Assembly: GCA_019119575.1 (NCBI GenBank)
Contig: DWWT01000046.1
Span: 1 to 17,405 of the forward strand
Length of the DNA stretch: 17,405 bases
Direction of reading: 5' to 3'
Source: Candidatus Enterocloster excrementipullorum
GTDB taxonomy: Bacteria > Bacillota > Clostridia > Lachnospirales > Lachnospiraceae
Both the position numbers and the translations under genes were made by a program. The notes below the pieces were generated by a model. It made no database searches, had not been told where the DNA came from, and was given only the letters and a program-made list of their open reading frames with translations. Positions 1-6,869 of this stretch are shown piece by piece. Positions within the stretch are counted from its first letter, which is position 1, and each line of letters starts with the position of its first letter.

Positions 1-43
1 GAACTTCCGCAAGGCTGCTGGATAAGGTTGTAGGGACAGCCTG

Positions 44-90
44 AAAAAAGTTTCCCTCATTTCTTCTCGCAAGGGAAAAAATGAGGGAAA
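44..90 (-). terminator. Candidate rho-independent terminator (long hairpin plus T6 on the minus strand)
   Basis: TTTCCCTCATTT (51-62) pairs with AAATGAGGGAAA (79-90). An inner stem TTCTC/GGGAA (64-68/73-77) closes on a GCAA loop (69-72). The A6 run at 44-49 reads as T6 immediately 3' of the hairpin on the minus strand. There is no T-run after it on the plus strand. Confidence 0.45.
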
Positions 91-128
91 AGGGCCAAAA
101 CGAAGTGGCGAAAACGCTGTAAACGCCA

Positions 129-260
129 GTGTTTTCAAGGGGTATAGAAATTTTAACTGAGAAATGGAAATTTGAAAAATATAGAGTAATCCAAGACCGT
201 TTGTATCAAAGCGATTTTGACCGTCTGGTCAGCGAAGCGGAAAAGGAGAAAAAAACGTAA
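129..260 (+). pseudogene. Short 3' remnant resembling the C-terminus of a RhuM-family (prophage/island-associated) protein
   Basis: The frame ending at TAA 258-260 reads ...EKWKFEKYRVIQDRLYQSDFDRLVSEAEKEKKT*. From memory, the FEKYR-x-IQDR-x-x-SDFD pattern is the conserved tail of RhuM-family proteins. The frame is closed upstream by TAA at 120-122, and only a GTG (129) is available as a start. No intact N-terminal part is present. Confidence 0.25.
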
Positions 261-288
261 CAGTTCAAGACGGCGGGAAAACAGGGGC

Positions 289-322
289 AAAAATAGGCGT
301 TAAGCTTGCTTATAAGCACGCC
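289..322 (-). terminator. Candidate intrinsic terminator downstream of echF (possibly bidirectional)
   Basis: GGCGT (296-300) pairs with ACGCC (318-322) around the palindrome GCTTATAAGC. On the minus strand the hairpin is followed by TATTTTTG (complement of 288-295). It is nested in a longer imperfect inverted repeat, GAAAACAGGGGCAAA (276-290) / TTTGCTCCTGTTTTC (323-337). It lies 93 nt beyond the echF stop. Confidence 0.5.
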
Positions 323-414
323 TTTGCTCCTGTTTTCTCATCAGCCGGGAGGTATCAACGTTCAAGCAATGCTGTCCTCTAAGCGGAAGAGAGCGTACAG
401 GCCCCTCGTTCTCC

Positions 415-987
415 TTACTCCCCGCTCATCGTCAGACACTTCTTAGGACAGGAGGCCGCGCACAGCCCGCAGCCTATGCAGTTCTCTTCATCCAGCGTCC
501 AGAACCTGGCTGCGCGGTCCACGGTGATGGCCTCCTGGGGACATTTTTTGGCGCACAGGGTGCAGTAGACACACTTGGACGCATCATTGACGGGATGGCC
601 GCCTGCAGCCGGGGCAGTATCGGCAGCCGCCGGGACTTCTTTCGGCGTCACAAACGTCTCCGAACGCTTCTCCGCCTGGGGCTCCGTATATCCAGGCCGC
701 ATAAATAAGCACTTTTTGGGGCAGACGTTCACGCAGCTGCCGCACTGGACGCAGTCAAAGCGGTTGATGGTCCAGGTGCCCTGCGCACGGTCCACAGCCA
801 GGGCGCCCGGCGGGCAGGAGCGGGCGCAGAGGCCGCAGCTTATACAGTCCTCAATCTTGATTTCGATATGGCCCCGCATGCGCTCGGGAAAATGGGCGGG
901 CTCTGCGGGGTAATTTTTTGTGACGGGTTTGGAAAACAGGTTTTTTATGGCCCTGTGGCCGTATGGGAAAAATTTTATCGCTGCCAT
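415..987 (-). CDS. echF: Ech hydrogenase iron-sulfur subunit: NuoI/HycF-like 2x[4Fe-4S] domain fused to a second 2x[4Fe-4S] ferredoxin domain
   Basis: There are four CxxCxxCxxxCP motifs: CISCGLCARSCP, CVQCGSCVNVCP, CVYCTLCAKKCP and CIGCGLCAASCP. ATG 987 has GAGAGGTGA 6 nt upstream. An alternative GTG 996 overlaps the echE stop (GTGA). The stop is TAA at 415-417. It is the last gene of the operon. Confidence 0.85.
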   Translation of the reverse strand: MAAIKFFPYGHRAIKNLFSKPVTKNYPAEPAHFPERMRGHIEIKIEDCISCGLCARSCPPGALAVDRAQGTWTINRFDCVQCGSCVNVCPKKCLFMRPGYTEPQAEKRSETFVTPKEVPAAADTAPAAGGHPVNDASKCVYCTLCAKKCPQEAITVDRAARFWTLDEENCIGCGLCAASCPKKCLTMSGE

Positions 988-992
988 GTGTC

Positions 993-2072
993 TCACCTCT
1001 CCGTACAGCTGATGCAGGGGTCGATTGTCAGAATGAGAAGGGGTACGTCCGCAAGCTGGCAGCCCTTCAGCATATCCAGCATGGGCGGAATATTGCTGGT
1101 AGTGGGGGTGCGCAGGCGGAAGCGGTCGATGAATTTGGTTCCATTTCCCTTCACATAGTAGATGGCTTCCCCCCGGGGCTGCTCGATCCGCATGAAATAT
1201 TCTCCCTTGGGGAAGCCTTTCACGGGAACGCTTATGGCACCATCGGGAATCTGGCCGATGGCCTGACGGATCAGGGCGAAGGACTGGCGGATCTCCGCCA
1301 GACGCACCTCGCAGCGGGCGTAGGAATCACCCTCGGTGCGGACAATGGGCTTCACGTCCAGATGCGGGTAGGCCCCGTAGCCAAGCAGCCGGGCATCGTA
1401 AGGGATGCCGCTGGCCCGGAGCATGGGGCCCACGGCTCCGGCAAGAACCGCCTGGCCGGGCTCTAAGACACCCAGGCCCTTTAGGCGGGAGTGTACCGTG
1501 TATTCTCCGAGAAATGTCTCTTCAATGACCGCGAAGTCCTTTTCCATCTGCCGGATGGTGGCGTCCAGGCTGTCCAGCATGGTCTTATCCATATCCTTTA
1601 ACACACCGCCGATGCAGTTGACGGAGAAGATGATCCGGCCGCCGGTGGTCATGTCAAACATGTCCAGAATCTTTTCTCTGAGACGCCAGCTCTCCATGAA
1701 CAGGCTCTCAAAACCCATGGCGTCCGCCAAAAGCCCCAGCCAGAGCAGGTGGCTGTGAACCCGGCTCATCTCGATCCAGATGGTGCGCAGGTACTTGGCC
1801 CGCTCCGGGATGTCGATGCCCATGATGTGCTCTACGCTCTCGCAGTAGCCCATGCCGTGGCCGCAGCTGCAGATGCCGCAGACCCGCTCGGCGATGTATA
1901 CATATTCTTTAAAATCCTTGGTTTCCACCAGCTTTTCGAGGCCTCTGTGCACAAAGCCGATGTTGGGCACAGCGCCCACCACGGTCTCATCCTCCAAAAT
2001 CAAATCCAAATGAACCGGCTCGGGCAGAACCGGGTGCTGGGGACCAAAAGGAACAATGCTTCTCTTTGCCAT
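993..2072 (-). CDS. echE: [NiFe]-hydrogenase large (catalytic) subunit, group 4 / Ech-type (NuoD-like)
   Basis: It has the N-terminal Ni-Fe ligand motif RVCGICSCGH and ends exactly at the C-terminal motif DPCISCTER, with no cleavable extension. The true start is MAKRSIVPFGPQHP at ATG 2072, with GGGGTGA upstream. The ORF-track N-terminal extension to 2183 overlaps echD. Confidence 0.95.
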   Translation of the reverse strand: MAKRSIVPFGPQHPVLPEPVHLDLILEDETVVGAVPNIGFVHRGLEKLVETKDFKEYVYIAERVCGICSCGHGMGYCESVEHIMGIDIPERAKYLRTIWIEMSRVHSHLLWLGLLADAMGFESLFMESWRLREKILDMFDMTTGGRIIFSVNCIGGVLKDMDKTMLDSLDATIRQMEKDFAVIEETFLGEYTVHSRLKGLGVLEPGQAVLAGAVGPMLRASGIPYDARLLGYGAYPHLDVKPIVRTEGDSYARCEVRLAEIRQSFALIRQAIGQIPDGAISVPVKGFPKGEYFMRIEQPRGEAIYYVKGNGTKFIDRFRLRTPTTSNIPPMLDMLKGCQLADVPLLILTIDPCISCTER

Positions 2073-2076
2073 GTGC

Positions 2077-2424
2077 TCACCCCTTTTCCTTAAACGGCGC
2101 TTCCCGGTCAATCCGGTAAAGCTTGTCTCTGTAGTCCTGGGTAATGTTCTCGATGGGAACCCCGAAGAGCTCCGCCACCTCATTTTCCTGCATGAAGGCG
2201 CAGGGATAAATCTGGGTGATGCTGGAGACTTTTTCGTCCGTGGCGGTCACCAGCCGCAGGGTTTCCATGTCGTAGCCCCGGCAGAAGGAGTAGCTGAGTT
2301 CATAGCCATCCGGCAGGCGGGCGGCGCAGATCTGAACCAGCCTGCGCTCCTCCATTTTGAAGCGTATCACCGTGGGAAGAAACTGATCCATGGTGATCGG
2401 AGTGATTTCGTTTTTACCTTCCAT
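2077..2424 (-). CDS. echD: Small NuoC-like (30 kDa-family) hydrogenase subunit
   Basis: A 115-aa protein with an ENEVAELFGVPIEN segment resembling the NuoC/HycE N-domain E-x-x-FG motif. Its position between the small and large subunits matches echABCDEF order. An AGGAGG lies upstream, and it overlaps the echC 3' end by 11 nt. Confidence 0.7.
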   Translation of the reverse strand: MEGKNEITPITMDQFLPTVIRFKMEERRLVQICAARLPDGYELSYSFCRGYDMETLRLVTATDEKVSSITQIYPCAFMQENEVAELFGVPIENITQDYRDKLYRIDREAPFKEKG

Positions 2425-2872
2425 CTGTCTTGCTCCTCCTTTTCTCCTGGCGGTAGGCCTCCTGCTTTTCCTTTAAAAGGGCCAGAGCCTTGACGACCCC
2501 GTCGATGATGGACTCGGGCCTGGCCGCGCAGCCGGGCACATAGATGTCCACGGGAATCACAGTATCTACGCCGCCCTTGATATTGTAGCAATCCTTAAAT
2601 ACCCCGCCGGTGCAGGCGCAGATTCCCACTGCGACAACCACCTTGGGATTGGGCATCTGGCTGTAAATCTGCTTAACCACCTTTTCGCTCTGGCTGTTGA
2701 CGCCTCCGGTAATCAGAAGGATATCCGCCTAGAAGGGGTCGCCGGTGTTGATAATCCCGAATCGTTCAATGTCGTAAGAGGGCATGGTGCAGGCCAGCAC
2801 CTCAATGTCGCATCCGTTGCAGCTGCTGGCATCATAGTGCAGCAGCCACGGAGATTTCGCAAGCTTTCCCAT
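2414..2872 (-). pseudogene. echC: [NiFe]-hydrogenase small subunit (NuoB/HycG/CooL-like) interrupted by one in-frame TAG at codon 48 (2729-2731)
   Basis: A continuous 153-codon frame reads MGKLAKSPWLLHYDASSCNGCDIEVLACTMPSYDIERFGIINTGDPF*ADILLITGGVNSQSEKVVKQIYSQMPNPKVVVAVGICACTGGVF...VPGCAARPE. All four proximal-cluster Cys are present, but two lie on each side of the stop. The ATG at 2872 sits 11 nt after the echB stop. The ORF track shows only 2414-2680. Confidence 0.8.
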
Positions 2873-2883
2873 TGTTCTCCCTC

Positions 2884-3747
2884 CTATTTAATCAGCATTA
2901 AAATGAGAAGATTCAGTCCTCCGGCAAGGAGGGTCACAACCCAGCAGCTCCCCAGCATGGTCTTCCACTTTACCCGGGCGCTCACATTGTCCCAGAGGAT
3001 TTCCAGAAAATAGAAAATCAGGCATACGGCCACGGCAATGGGCCAGCTGATGGGATTTTTGTTTACGATGAAGAGTCCCACAATGCCCAGCAGAAGAACC
3101 TTTTCGTAATACTCAGCGATTTCCATAATGGCCAGGGTGGGGCCGGCCATCTCCGTGGTGAGACCCTTTACCATCTCCTGGTGCGCATGGTGGCTGGTGG
3201 ACAAATCAAAAGGCGATTTGCGCAGCTTGATGGCCGTGATGAAGAGAAAACCCAGGAGCATTCCCGGCATGGCAACGACCGGGCTTAAAGGGGAGGCGAC
3301 AATCTCATTGACCACGAAGGAGCCGGTAGCGAGGTAAAAGCCTACGGCGATGAGCAGAGTCAAAGGCTCATAGGCCATCATCTGCATCATCTCCCGGCTG
3401 GCGCCCATAGTGGCGAAGGGCGAGGAATCGCTGGAGGCTGCCATGATGAGGAACATGTCACCGGTGGACAGGATGAACAGGCACATGAGAATGTCTGCCC
3501 CGCCAAAAAGCATGGAGCCCGCCACGGCCAAAAAGACAAGATAGCTCAAATTTAAGAGGAGCTGCACATTGTTTACTGCAATCATCTGTTTGGAAAATAA
3601 TTTCCCCAGGTCATAAAAGGGCTGGAGCAGAGGCGGTCCCACCCGTCCCTGCATCCGGGCGCTGATAACGCGGTCAGCGCCTTCCAAAAGGCCGCCCGCA
3701 AAGGGGGCAAGCAGCAAGTAGGCAATCACGGAAATTACGGAATTCAT
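2884..3747 (-). CDS. echB: Ech hydrogenase integral membrane subunit (NuoH/HycD/CooK-like)
   Basis: A 287-aa polytopic membrane protein. The N-terminal pattern LLAPFAGGLLEGADRVISARMQGRVGPPLLQPFYDLGKLF is typical of the NuoH/HycD family. AGGAGGTG lies upstream, and there is an ATGA overlap with the echA stop. Its own stop is TAG (2884-2886). Confidence 0.85.
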   Translation of the reverse strand: MNSVISVIAYLLLAPFAGGLLEGADRVISARMQGRVGPPLLQPFYDLGKLFSKQMIAVNNVQLLLNLSYLVFLAVAGSMLFGGADILMCLFILSTGDMFLIMAASSDSSPFATMGASREMMQMMAYEPLTLLIAVGFYLATGSFVVNEIVASPLSPVVAMPGMLLGFLFITAIKLRKSPFDLSTSHHAHQEMVKGLTTEMAGPTLAIMEIAEYYEKVLLLGIVGLFIVNKNPISWPIAVAVCLIFYFLEILWDNVSARVKWKTMLGSCWVVTLLAGGLNLLILMLIK

Positions 3748-5642
3748 ATGGCACCTCCTATAATCACACAGAATAGAACAACCAGCACGCCTGCGGAGAT
3801 AATCTCCGACGGGCGGCGCAGATGGCGCATGCCGAACTCAAAGCGCAGATACCAGTTGGTGAGGTAGAGGTGTTCGGGCAGGCCGTAGCTGTTGGTGAAA
3901 TAGGTGTTGTCTCCCTCGTTGACGCCTCCCATGTAGATGGGCACGTAGTCCCGGTGGGCGGCCTTTGTCACGAGGAACATAGCGGCGGGAACTACAATGA
4001 CGGAGGCCAGCATGACGGCCATTGTGTTCAGCACATTGATGGAGAGAACCTCGTGGGACTCCCCGAAAATCTGCAGGATAATCGGGTTGACAATCCGGGT
4101 GGCAAGCAATGGGAAGAGCAGGCAGAGGCAGAGCATGCTCCCTGCGTGGAGGAACATGGAAACGTATTGGTCTGCCCGGGTCACGTCCCGGACCTCCTCC
4201 TTGGTGTGGTGCATGGAGATGAGCTTTGCCAGCCACTTGGTCCAGTAAAACATGGTAGAGGCGCTTCCGTATGCCAGGAAAAGCACCAGTATGTAATTGC
4301 CGGAATCCACAAATGCCTTCAGAGCCACCCATTTGGAGATCAGCATGCCGAAGGGAGCCAGATACATGCCCGCGATGCCGATGCCCATGATATAGGTCAG
4401 CTTGGGAAGGCGCAGCAGCATGCCGTGCATGTTCTCAATATCCCGGGAGCCCAGACAGTTCTCCGTGGCGCCCACGGCCTGAAACAGCATGGATTTGCTC
4501 ACGGAGTGGAAAATCATGAGCAGCACGGCGCCCCAGATGGTCTCCTCCATGCCGATGCCGGCGCAGGCCACAATAAGCCCCAGATTGGACACGGTGGAGA
4601 AGGCCAGAACCTTTTTGCCGTCATTCTGGGCAATGGCCATTAGGCTGGCGGCGATGAAAGTAAAGCCGCCGATGAAAGATACTATGGTTCCCACCAGGTT
4701 GCCGTTTAGGGCCGGGGAAAGACGGATTAAAAGATAAACGCCGGCCTTTACCATGGTGGCGCTGTGGAGCAGGGCGCTGGATGGCGTGGGGGCTACCATG
4801 GCGCCCAGGAGCCATGAGGAAAAGGGAAGCTGGGCGGATTTCGTCAGTCCCGCGAGGGAAAGACAGGCCAGGGGCAGAAGGCTTCCGGCGGCCACCACCT
4901 GGTCAAGCTCCACTGTGCCCAGATCCAGGGCGGAGAGCGCGATGGCCACAGCGAATCCAAGACCGCCGAGGAGATTCATCCAGAGAGCCCGGAAGCTGTT
5001 GGTAACGGCTTCGTCTGTCCGCGTGTATCCGATGAGGAGGAAGGAAATGACACTGGTAATCTCCCAGAAAAAGTACATCCATATCAGGTTGGCGGAAAGC
5101 ACCAGGCCGAACATGGCGGCCAGGAAGAAAAACAGCATGGAGAAGAAAAAGCCGCTCCGGTCTGTGAATTCCGTGTGGTGATGGTGGTATTCCTTCATAT
5201 AACCCACGGCATAGATGCAGATGAGGCCGCCCACGAAAGCAATAATTATGCACATGAGCATGGCCAAGCAGTCAATCTGCATGTGGGCCGCTTCGGGAAA
5301 TTCCGTGCGGCTTTCCATCCAGGCCACCAGACAGGTCTGGACGACGGACAGCAGGGCGATGGGGTATTTTTTGTGGCGGACACTTAAAAATACGATGAGA
5401 CCCATTAAAAGAAATTCACCGGCTAACATCGCGTGATCTGCGGCTTCCGTGCGGACATACAGGAGAATTGTCTGTCCGCCCTGGTTCAGCCAGGCACCCA
5501 GAAAGAAAAGGGTAAAAGCCATTAGAATGCCGGCCGCGGCGTAGACAGCTTTTCCGCGCATCTCGGCGGACGGAATAAAGGGGGCGGCTGCGGCCATGAT
5601 GGTCGGAAGAGCCATTACTATCCAGATCGATTCCATTGTCAT
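3744..5642 (-). CDS. echA: Ech hydrogenase antiporter-like membrane subunit (NuoL/MrpA/HycC-like)
   Basis: A 632-aa, highly hydrophobic multi-TM protein with NuoL-type segments (GYMxxxxxxxxxxxxFF, WLLGAMVAPTPSSALLHSATMVKAGVYLL). AAGGAGG lies 7 nt upstream of ATG 5642. It is the first gene of the operon. Confidence 0.85.
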   Translation of the reverse strand: MTMESIWIVMALPTIMAAAAPFIPSAEMRGKAVYAAAGILMAFTLFFLGAWLNQGGQTILLYVRTEAADHAMLAGEFLLMGLIVFLSVRHKKYPIALLSVVQTCLVAWMESRTEFPEAAHMQIDCLAMLMCIIIAFVGGLICIYAVGYMKEYHHHHTEFTDRSGFFFSMLFFFLAAMFGLVLSANLIWMYFFWEITSVISFLLIGYTRTDEAVTNSFRALWMNLLGGLGFAVAIALSALDLGTVELDQVVAAGSLLPLACLSLAGLTKSAQLPFSSWLLGAMVAPTPSSALLHSATMVKAGVYLLIRLSPALNGNLVGTIVSFIGGFTFIAASLMAIAQNDGKKVLAFSTVSNLGLIVACAGIGMEETIWGAVLLMIFHSVSKSMLFQAVGATENCLGSRDIENMHGMLLRLPKLTYIMGIGIAGMYLAPFGMLISKWVALKAFVDSGNYILVLFLAYGSASTMFYWTKWLAKLISMHHTKEEVRDVTRADQYVSMFLHAGSMLCLCLLFPLLATRIVNPIILQIFGESHEVLSINVLNTMAVMLASVIVVPAAMFLVTKAAHRDYVPIYMGGVNEGDNTYFTNSYGLPEHLYLTNWYLRFEFGMRHLRRPSEIISAGVLVVLFCVIIGGAI

Positions 5643-5681
5643 TGGTCATCCTCCTTGTGCGTTCATTCAAAAACAGTTCAT

Positions 5682-5710
5682 ATTATAATCCCGTGGATTT
5701 TTAAAAACAA
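5682..5710 (-). promoter_or_regulatory. Candidate sigma-A promoter of the ech operon
   Basis: On the minus strand, TTGTTT (5710-5705), a 17-nt spacer and a perfect TATAAT (5687-5682). It sits about 40 nt upstream of the echA ATG. Confidence 0.5.
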
Positions 5711-5760
5711 GATTGCCGGCGGGCCGGATACGCTAAGATATCGTTAATTTTTCCCTGAGG

Positions 5761-5790
5761 TGGAAATTGCCGTATGTTTTGTGCTACAAT
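5761..5790 (+). promoter_or_regulatory. Candidate extended -10 promoter of the hyp operon
   Basis: TGGAAA (5761-5766), an 18-nt spacer and TGcTACAAT (-10 at 5785-5790). The -35 is weak, so the call rests mainly on the extended -10 element. Confidence 0.35.
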
Positions 5791-5869
5791 ACTTGGGGTT
5801 ATTATGTTTGGACAGACACCCATTGTCTGAACGATTGCAATTTTATACCGGATGGAGCAGAAAGAAGCC

Positions 5870-6310
5870 ATGCACGAGCTTGCGGTCACAGAACATATAC
5901 TGGATATTGCCTTGAAGGCTGCGAAGGAACAGAATGCGGTCCGCATCCGGGCCATTCGCCTGCGCATGGGGCCATTTGCAGGGATTGTCCCCGAGTGCGT
6001 GCAGATGTATCTGGACGTGCTGGCGAAAGGAACAATGGCAGAGGGCGCGCAGGTGGAGGCCCGCACGGCTCCTCTGCGGGTGCTGTGCCGGGAATGCGGC
6101 CGGGAGAGTGAGATTACAAGAGAGCATATTGCCTGCCCGTTCTGCGGAAGCCTGCGCTTAAAGACTCTTTCCGGCAGGGAATTTATGGTAGAAAGCCTGG
6201 AGGTGGATGTAGATGGAGATAAAGGTTCTGCATCAGGTGATGGAGTGGAATCAGGATGTAAGCGCCAAGGTGCGGAAAACACTGGCGGACCGCAAAGTAT
6301 GCCTGATTAA
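5870..6310 (+). CDS. hypA: Hydrogenase nickel-insertion metallochaperone HypA, with an atypical 3' extension overlapping hypB
   Basis: MHELAV... begins at ATG 5870, and the N-terminal Met-His-Glu nickel site requires this start rather than 5852. The zinc site is CRECG...CPFCG. The conserved body ends around ...REFMVESLEVD, but the frame stays open to TAA 6308-6310. Confidence 0.88.
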   Translation: MHELAVTEHILDIALKAAKEQNAVRIRAIRLRMGPFAGIVPECVQMYLDVLAKGTMAEGAQVEARTAPLRVLCRECGRESEITREHIACPFCGSLRLKTLSGREFMVESLEVDVDGDKGSASGDGVESGCKRQGAENTGGPQSMPD

Positions 6311-6869
6311 TGTGATGGGAAGTCCGGGGACGGGGAAAACCAGTCTTATTACTGCCTTAATTAAGCGGCTTGGGGAAGAGTTTGCCATCGGCGTGATTGA
6401 GGGGGATATTGCCGGCCAGATCGACGCGGAGAAAATAGCTGCCCTGAATATCCCGGCGGTCCAGCTCAATACGGACGGAGCCTGCCATATTGAGGCTATG
6501 AGCATTGAACATATTCTCCCTCATTTTGACCTGGACAAGCTGGATGTGCTTTTTGTGGAAAATATCGGCAATCTTGTCTGCCCGGCGGAGTTCGATATCG
6601 GGGAAAATTTCCGAATCACAATTCTCAGCATTCCGGAGGGAGATGATAAGGTAAAAAAGTATCCCCTGATGTTTACGGACACCAACTGTCTGGTGCTGAA
6701 TAAGTATGATATGCTGCCGTATTTTGATTTTGATGTGGAGAGCGTGAAGCGGGATTACCGGGGGGTGAACCCGGAGGGCCCCCTCTTCGGAGTCAGCGCA
6801 AAGACCGGAGAAGGAATGGATGCGCTTGCGGAGCGGATCGGAGGGGAAATCCGGGCCGCGATTCGGTGA
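6213..6869 (+). CDS. hypB: Hydrogenase nickel incorporation GTPase HypB
   Basis: It has the P-loop GSPGTGKTS, the GACHIEA (Cys-His metal site) motif, ENIGNLVCPAEFD and NKYD. A strong GGAGGTG lies 7 nt upstream of the ATG. It has no N-terminal CxxCGC motif or His-rich stretch. Confidence 0.95.
   Translation: MEIKVLHQVMEWNQDVSAKVRKTLADRKVCLINVMGSPGTGKTSLITALIKRLGEEFAIGVIEGDIAGQIDAEKIAALNIPAVQLNTDGACHIEAMSIEHILPHFDLDKLDVLFVENIGNLVCPAEFDIGENFRITILSIPEGDDKVKKYPLMFTDTNCLVLNKYDMLPYFDFDVESVKRDYRGVNPEGPLFGVSAKTGEGMDALAERIGGEIRAAIR

Noticed and set aside
993-2072. Possible [NiFeSe] hydrogenase with selenocysteine (in-frame TGA)
   Set aside because: The large subunit has no internal TGA, and the C-terminal motif is DPCISCTER with ordinary Cys codons.
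2073-2183. N-terminal extension of the large-subunit ORF (MRWRSSSGFPSRT...)
   Set aside because: It overlaps echD in another frame. The conserved large-subunit sequence begins at MAKRSIVPFGPQHP (ATG 2072), which has its own RBS.
2367-2591. A 74-aa minus-strand ORF overlapping the echC/echD junction
   Set aside because: It is out of frame with two supported genes, and it is Arg/Gly-rich with no motif.
2729-2731. Pyrrolysine insertion at the echC TAG
   Set aside because: There are no pyl genes or methylamine methyltransferases in the window. The aligned residue in homologues is Gln/His, one transition from TAG. TAG is used as a normal stop for echB and the thioesterase. The idea is kept only as something a genome-wide pylTSBCD search could exclude.
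3822-4643. A 273-aa plus-strand ORF, and similar ones at 575-913, 963-1466, 1405-1758, 1749-2093, 2056-2493, 4753-5181 and 3838-4332 (the last on the minus strand, out of frame), inside the ech genes
   Set aside because: These are shadow ORFs, antisense or out of frame to strongly supported hydrogenase genes in high-GC DNA. They have Gly/His/Arg/Pro-rich low-complexity composition, no RBS and no recognisable motifs.
5175-5186. A His4 run (YHHHHTEF) in a loop of EchA, as a possible nickel-binding element
   Set aside because: Four histidines in a variable loop of an antiporter-like subunit are too little to support a metal-binding claim. They are most likely compositional chance.
6207-6215. 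ATG-TAG-ATG immediately before and at the hypB start, as a possible minimal leader ORF
   Set aside because: A one-codon ORF has no supporting signal of its own. The same GGAGGTG serves the hypB ATG at optimal spacing, so this is most simply coincidence. It is mentioned only under the hypA overlap finding.
5701-6282. A 193-aa minus-strand ORF across the ech/hyp intergenic region and hypA
   Set aside because: It is antisense to hypA, would start inside hypB, has Ser/Pro/Arg-rich composition, and conflicts with both promoters.
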